Of a stretch of DNA of 64,000 nucleotides, positions 59,001 through 64,000 are shown in pieces. Under the pieces are notes generated by a model. That model saw only the letters and a list, made by a program, of their open reading frames with translations, was not told the DNA's origin and searched no databases. Each line of letters begins with the position of its first letter. Position 1 is the stretch's first letter. Position numbers and translations under genes: made by a program. This stretch comes from Hydrurus foetidus (lineage: Eukaryota): contig UYFQ01000460.1 in the NCBI GenBank assembly GCA_900617105.1, positions 1-64,000 of the forward strand, written 5' to 3'.

Positions 59001-61769
59001 CACCACTGGGCCATAAAGGCTCAGTGACATAGTCGGGGGTATCAGAATCCCCAAAGGTATGTGTAAGGGTGGGAATCTGGTCGCCACCTAGGTGCGGTGT
59101 ATCACCCGTACGTTTTGCGAGAATAGGAGTGACACTATTCAGTCGCTCACAACTTACATCACCACAGGAATTTTGGGTCGCGACTCCCTCAATATCCATT
59201 TGGGTATCGTTACATGTCGACATTGAATGGACACAAGAGACGTTGCTCTTCGAAGAAGATTGACCATGCAATACGCTCTTCTTATATGGATACTCTTGTA
59301 ATCCATATGTTTCTCTCTTTTTAGAGGATGGTTTACCGCCTGGATACTTTAGCTTATCGTAGTGAGGCGTAATAGACTCGACTTCGGCTATATCAGGTTC
59401 GGCACCCAACGCTATCATACGACGCGTATACTTATGTTGATACATAGGATCAAATTTCAACAAAGCTTCCTTCTTATCGAAGTCGCGTTTGCGTGCATCA
59501 CTTTTCTTTATATTCTCCGCACTCAGTTCTGGAGAGATGCCGAAGGCAAAAGGAGTCAAAGACCAAAAATCGTATTTATTTACCGTTTTACGGCTAAACA
59601 AAATGTCGATTTCGGTTTTTCTATTTACCCTCATGGGTAAGCTGATGCTCTGGCATTCGCCATCGTAAGAATGAAATAAGATCTTCAAATCGCAAATTTT
59701 GTTATTTAAATAACATTGACCATCAAGGCCGCTACAAACAGTTATGGCTTGAAGAGCAGGATAACAGAGGTGAGTAGCATTTAATTTTTCTAACATCGTA
59801 AAAGAAATAAAATCCTCCGAGTAGTTTGCGGTGTCAAGCATGGCTTTCCCCACGGCCCGCAGCTCGCTAGCTGGGTCTGTCCGTCCTTTATCCTGCACGA
59901 TAACAGTTACGTTGAGGTGGTGAGAAGGAAGGATGGATGGGTCATGCAAAATTTCTTCACGAACAATTACATGTGGCTGTTCTTCAACATGAACATCCAT
60001 CAGATTCTGGGTATCATTGTCGAAGGCAGCAGCCACGTCATCAAAACGAAGGTTCTTACCTTGATCCTGACCCGAATTGGAGGAAGGAGGAAGGTTGTTT
60101 CCCTGTGGGGGGTTGTATCTGTTACCCCTACCACCGGATCCACGACCCTGGTTTTGGTTCGCATTGGGGTTGTATCCTCCCCTCTGCTTACCTCTACCAC
60201 CTCCTTGGTTGCCTTGGTAACCACCTCCCTGGTTACCGTGGTTCCCCTAGTTTTGGTTATACCCCCTTGTCCCTGGTTGGAACGATCTGAACCACCAGAG
60301 GCATTGGGGTTGTTACCGCCACCGTGGCTGTTTTTGGGGCGCTTGTTGTCGTTAGACATCAAGTAGGGTTTAGAACCCTTGGGGAGGTACTGAACGCGAT
60401 CTTCGTATCCGGGGAGTACGAGATGTTGTTGCCATTCAGTAAACCCCACCGCAGCCCAAGCCATCCCTCCAATGTAGAATCCTCCCAATCAGCCTGATGG
60501 TCTGTATTGGAATCTGAATAATACAGAATGGGGCACTCACCCAACATGTGCGTCTTAGACCGGCACGAGCGGCACGCTCGAAGGTTTGGTACGAACGGCA
60601 CTTCCGTCGACGCACGGACGGCGAGTCCGCGCTGAGTCGGAATGTACGAGCCTGTTGTACGCACTGTCGTAGTGAGTGATCTAGACGTCACGGATGGAGT
60701 GGGAGAGGGTGCCTTAACACTAGCTCTGCCTGTCTCTTTCTTACCAACATCAGGTGGATTGGCTGATGAAGGGAACGAGTACACCACATCCGGGTTGCCG
60801 TAGCTCTTGATGAGGTTCATCATTGACCTAGCCTCAGCCAGAACCTGACCAATGCGTAGCATTGTCTTTAACCACGTCCACGTGTTAGGTGGTGAGGTGT
60901 CCGCTGCTTTCGCTCTCAGGTAGCCTTAGCTAGGCGCTTCTCCAAGATCTGAATGAGCTCAGCATGCTGAGTCTCAGTCAGAGGGCCCTTGGACCTCTCA
61001 TAGTTGCTCACAAGTTCATTGTAACGAATGAATGTGGCATTCTCATGATTGTGGTCAGCGATCTGGTAGTGGAAGGTACTTTGGCTAAAACTCTCTGCCA
61101 AAGTACTCTCCCCCAAACCATTTGGGCAGAAGTACTCTACTACCAAAGTGGCTACCTGAGTCACCGATAGAATGGTAAACCAATCGTGACGTAGCCGACG
61201 GTTGATGATGTTGAATTCAGGGTCGACTAAGATTTTGAAATTCAGTAGTTCGATACCCTGCTTCTGCATGCAATCCGTCAGCTTCATGTTGGGGTTTCTC
61301 TGAGCCTGTTCGTAGAACTCAATGGCATCAGCTTCATCGATGAAGTTGTGTCTGAGCACGAACACCTCACTCTGGAGTTGCATCGTCAGCGAGTTGTCTG
61401 CAAACAACGATTTGTTCAATGGTATAGACTCATTGAGTGCAGCCAACGCTGCCAGGCGAGCAATCTCTTCCTCATCAGGAGGTGGAGGAGTTGGAGGTGC
61501 GGCGGCGGACATATCGCTAATAGATATGTATCTCGCTTAAACACAGCAGAGATCAATCCCCCGCACTCAAAAAAGTTTTGCAAGGGGTTTGCCTTGTTTG
61601 CCAACGGGTACTGTAACGTCAGTAACAACGCGTTAGAAAATTCTAACCAAATCTCGAACTGAAAAGTCCAATGGCTTAAGAGCCAAATTTTGAGTGGTGA
61701 GAAAAATTGGTACCCGAAAAGGTATAAGACGCTGTTCTTCAGCGACCAAAAGACGTCTCTTGACTAATC

Positions 61770-62276
61770 TGATGTCTCCGGTGATGAATCTGAGATTCAA
61801 ACAGCCGGCAGAACAGGTCTTTAATGTTTCTTGGGAAGGATAAATCAACTTCGACCGGAAACTTAAAGAGTGGAAGAGCCCAAGCTTGGGGATTCCAAGA
61901 AAGCAGGTACGCTGACTTTCTCTAACTCAAACTACTGTTCTCTGAGCTAAAAGCTGCAAGACAAGTCGGCTTGAACAGCTGACGAGCAATAGCTCAGAGG
62001 CCTCATCTACAGGTAGGACAGGTAGATGGACTGAGAGGTAGAAGAAGAAAGAGTGGACGAATAGCGCTATTGTAGTCCGAATAAAAGTAGATCGATAGAG
62101 TGATAGGCGTTAATTAGATTACAGGCTATGCTAGAAGCTAGGATAAACTTCTGAGAGTAGGCTGGAGCTAGCTAGCAGTATTGCAAGGATGTAAGTGTAC
62201 GGTAGGCGGAAGGATTGGGTGGATCGTGACAAGGTCCGGTACGGCCCGTAGGCCCGGTATACCCGGTACGACCACA
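61770..62276 (-). repeat. 5' LTR-like segment of the second Gypsy element (~507 bp)
   Basis: Minus strand TGTGGTCGTACCGGG...GGAGACATCA, lying ~260 bp upstream of the gag ATG. Boundaries inferred from termini shared with the other LTRs. Confidence 0.6.
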
Positions 62277-62703
62277 CTTCTGACAATCCCACTCCCACTC
62301 ACGTTCCTGCATAACTCTCCAATAGATAGTAATGAGATGATTGGTGAGCTGGTAGAACACAATTTTTGCAGTACCCGACAGTAAATTAAGACCACTCTTT
62401 ATTCTACTCTGGCGTATTCGACGTTAAGTGCCCAAGAAAGGAAATATGAATCACCGCATAACGTTTAATAGTTTGGAAGGCCTCTCAAGAGTTTTCCTAT
62501 GATACGATACTGCTTTCTTTCCCAGTCTGAAGTCTTCACAGTTTCTACAGAGACAGGTATCATCTGCCCCTTTTCTGACATACCAGGGTTTTAAATCCGT
62601 GAAGTAAGTTAATGACAAATACGAAAATAAAAATAAAGTACGAAAATAAAAATGAAAACTTGAAAAAAATGGAAATGCGAACAGGTGAAATGCGATACAA
62701 TAT

Positions 62704-63886
62704 TTACCTTTTCACAGGCAGTACGGCATTTTCAAAATTGTTCAATTCATTAGCATTACTTTGCATTGCAGTGTGAAGTCCCTGACTTTTTTCAAACACA
62801 TGTTTTCCTAGTATACCTTTCTCATTGAACCCTAGTAACTCGGCAATTGATGCCTTAGATGATACTATTGTTTTTCTAATTTCCTCTGTAGGAATGACAA
62901 GTGGTAGAACGACCCACAAAATTTTTCTGATTGATTCCGTAGAATTTAAACGATTTAATTTTGTTACCGACATTCGAAGCTGCTCAAATATTGCAAGCTC
63001 TACTGAACTACTCGACACTACAATCTTTTGTTCCGGTAGTAAAAGTTCTTCTTTCTCCAACCGATTTAGACCTTTCGTTAATTCCATATTTGCGTATCCG
63101 CTTTCATTCCTGAATACTGCACGACTCGAAATCGCCTCGAGATTCAATTCTTCCATTCTTGAAGCAAAGCGGTTGTTTGCCTTATTCCTCTGGCCTTTCT
63201 GCGCGGATACCCTCCTCTCACATGCCTCAAGATTCCGCTGTGCAAAGCAAATACCTTCTTCTAGCAACCTGACAGACTCATTGGTTTCTTCTAATTCAAT
63301 GTGAAGATTTTTGTTTGCCGTATCTCTTGCACTTACTCTTTCGTATAAGTCAAGAATGTGCTGTATCATAGATGGCTGAAATGACCTGTTGGAGATTAAA
63401 ACTTTGAGTCGCTTCAATTCGCATACCTCCTCAGGAGCTGAGAAAGCCTGTGATTTTTCAACATCTGATAATACCCCTCTCTTTTCATTTGATGAGTTCA
63501 TGCTCTCATAGACACGTTTTAATTCTTCGATACTGAAGTCACGCCAACGCGCGACGTCCACAACCAATCGCTTAATAATCCTCTTGATTTCCTATTCATG
63601 CTTAAACTATGCTTTCTCCAAGTTCCTTGTAGCTCAGATGCTTGATCAAGTGTAGAATCAATTTGCTAGAGCTACCATCTTTGGGAAAAATGACCATGAT
63701 CGGGAATTCATCAAATCGCACGGCTCTCAATATCTCAGGAACTGATACATCAGACTCCTGTACATTACTAACGAAACTCCGTAGTGTCTTGTTGACATCA
63801 AAGGTGATTTGCGCAACTTCACCCCATAATAGGTCCCATAATTGACGCTTCATCAGCTGGCGCAAAAAAAATAAGGCGATGAGCAA
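62704..63886 (-). pseudogene. Disrupted intronless coiled-coil ORF of unknown, possibly mobile, origin
   Basis: ORFs 63886-63602 and 63567-62704 are separated by ~35 bp containing a frameshift and a TAG. No recognisable domain. Confidence 0.4.
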
Positions 63887-64000
63887 TTCGTCCAGGCGAG
63901 AAATATTTTACAGTCTCGATTACTCTAAAGCGATACTAGAAATCGTCTGGACGCTTTGCTCAAGAGATGGAGGCAAGGATACACAGGGCGTTCAGTAGGA

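Larger units (their letters stand above)
55894..62276 (-). mobile_element. Near full-length decayed Ty3/Gypsy LTR retrotransposon (gag-PR-RT-RH-IN)
   Basis: gag 61512-60359 (frameshifted) with zinc knuckle CRSCRSKTHMLGEC; protease MLDTA; RT (CIDYRPLN, LPFGL, YLDD, RSFLGLANYFR) at 58749-57859; RNase H lacking its DAS segment; integrase HHCC plus VDYIGP/RSDRG at 57665-56550. Chromodomain region mostly deleted. Confidence 0.95.

Noticed and set aside
62411..62427. Possible far end of the MITE interrupted by the Gypsy element
   Set aside because: GTATTCGACGTTA only loosely matches the expected GCACTCGACGGTA and the adjacent sequence does not align.

Overview
Eukaryotic nuclear DNA with many GT-AG introns, from a photosynthetic stramenopile (ochrophyte; a chrysophyte-like alga is my inference). 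The evidence is a light-harvesting gene with a signal peptide plus FAP plastid-targeting motif and an LPA1/DUF3493 gene. Host genes: an unknown 4-exon protein, deoxyhypusine hydroxylase (DOHH), a thioredoxin-like/BioD-like (AAA_26) fusion, LPA1, a COG3044-type ABC-class ATPase, a heat shock factor with a perfect HSE in its own upstream region, a multi-exon ABCC/MRP transporter with an apparent plastid presequence, an LHCX/LI818-type antenna protein, a Myb-like orphan, and a ~13 kb CLASP/TOG gene. Mobile DNA clusters at 1-5 kb, 8.6-13.6 kb and 55-64 kb. It includes a decayed pogo-like transposase, at least five TIR-bounded non-autonomous elements (one with perfect 77-bp TIRs and a 7-bp TSD), and two decayed Ty3/Gypsy elements. 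The two Gypsy elements share a PPT, ACATCA LTR ends and a conserved 3'-UTR stem-loop. The longer one has two non-matching LTRs and no canonical tRNA primer-binding site. All calls come from reading the sequence by eye; no database searches were run. Exon boundaries of the long genes are only partly resolved.
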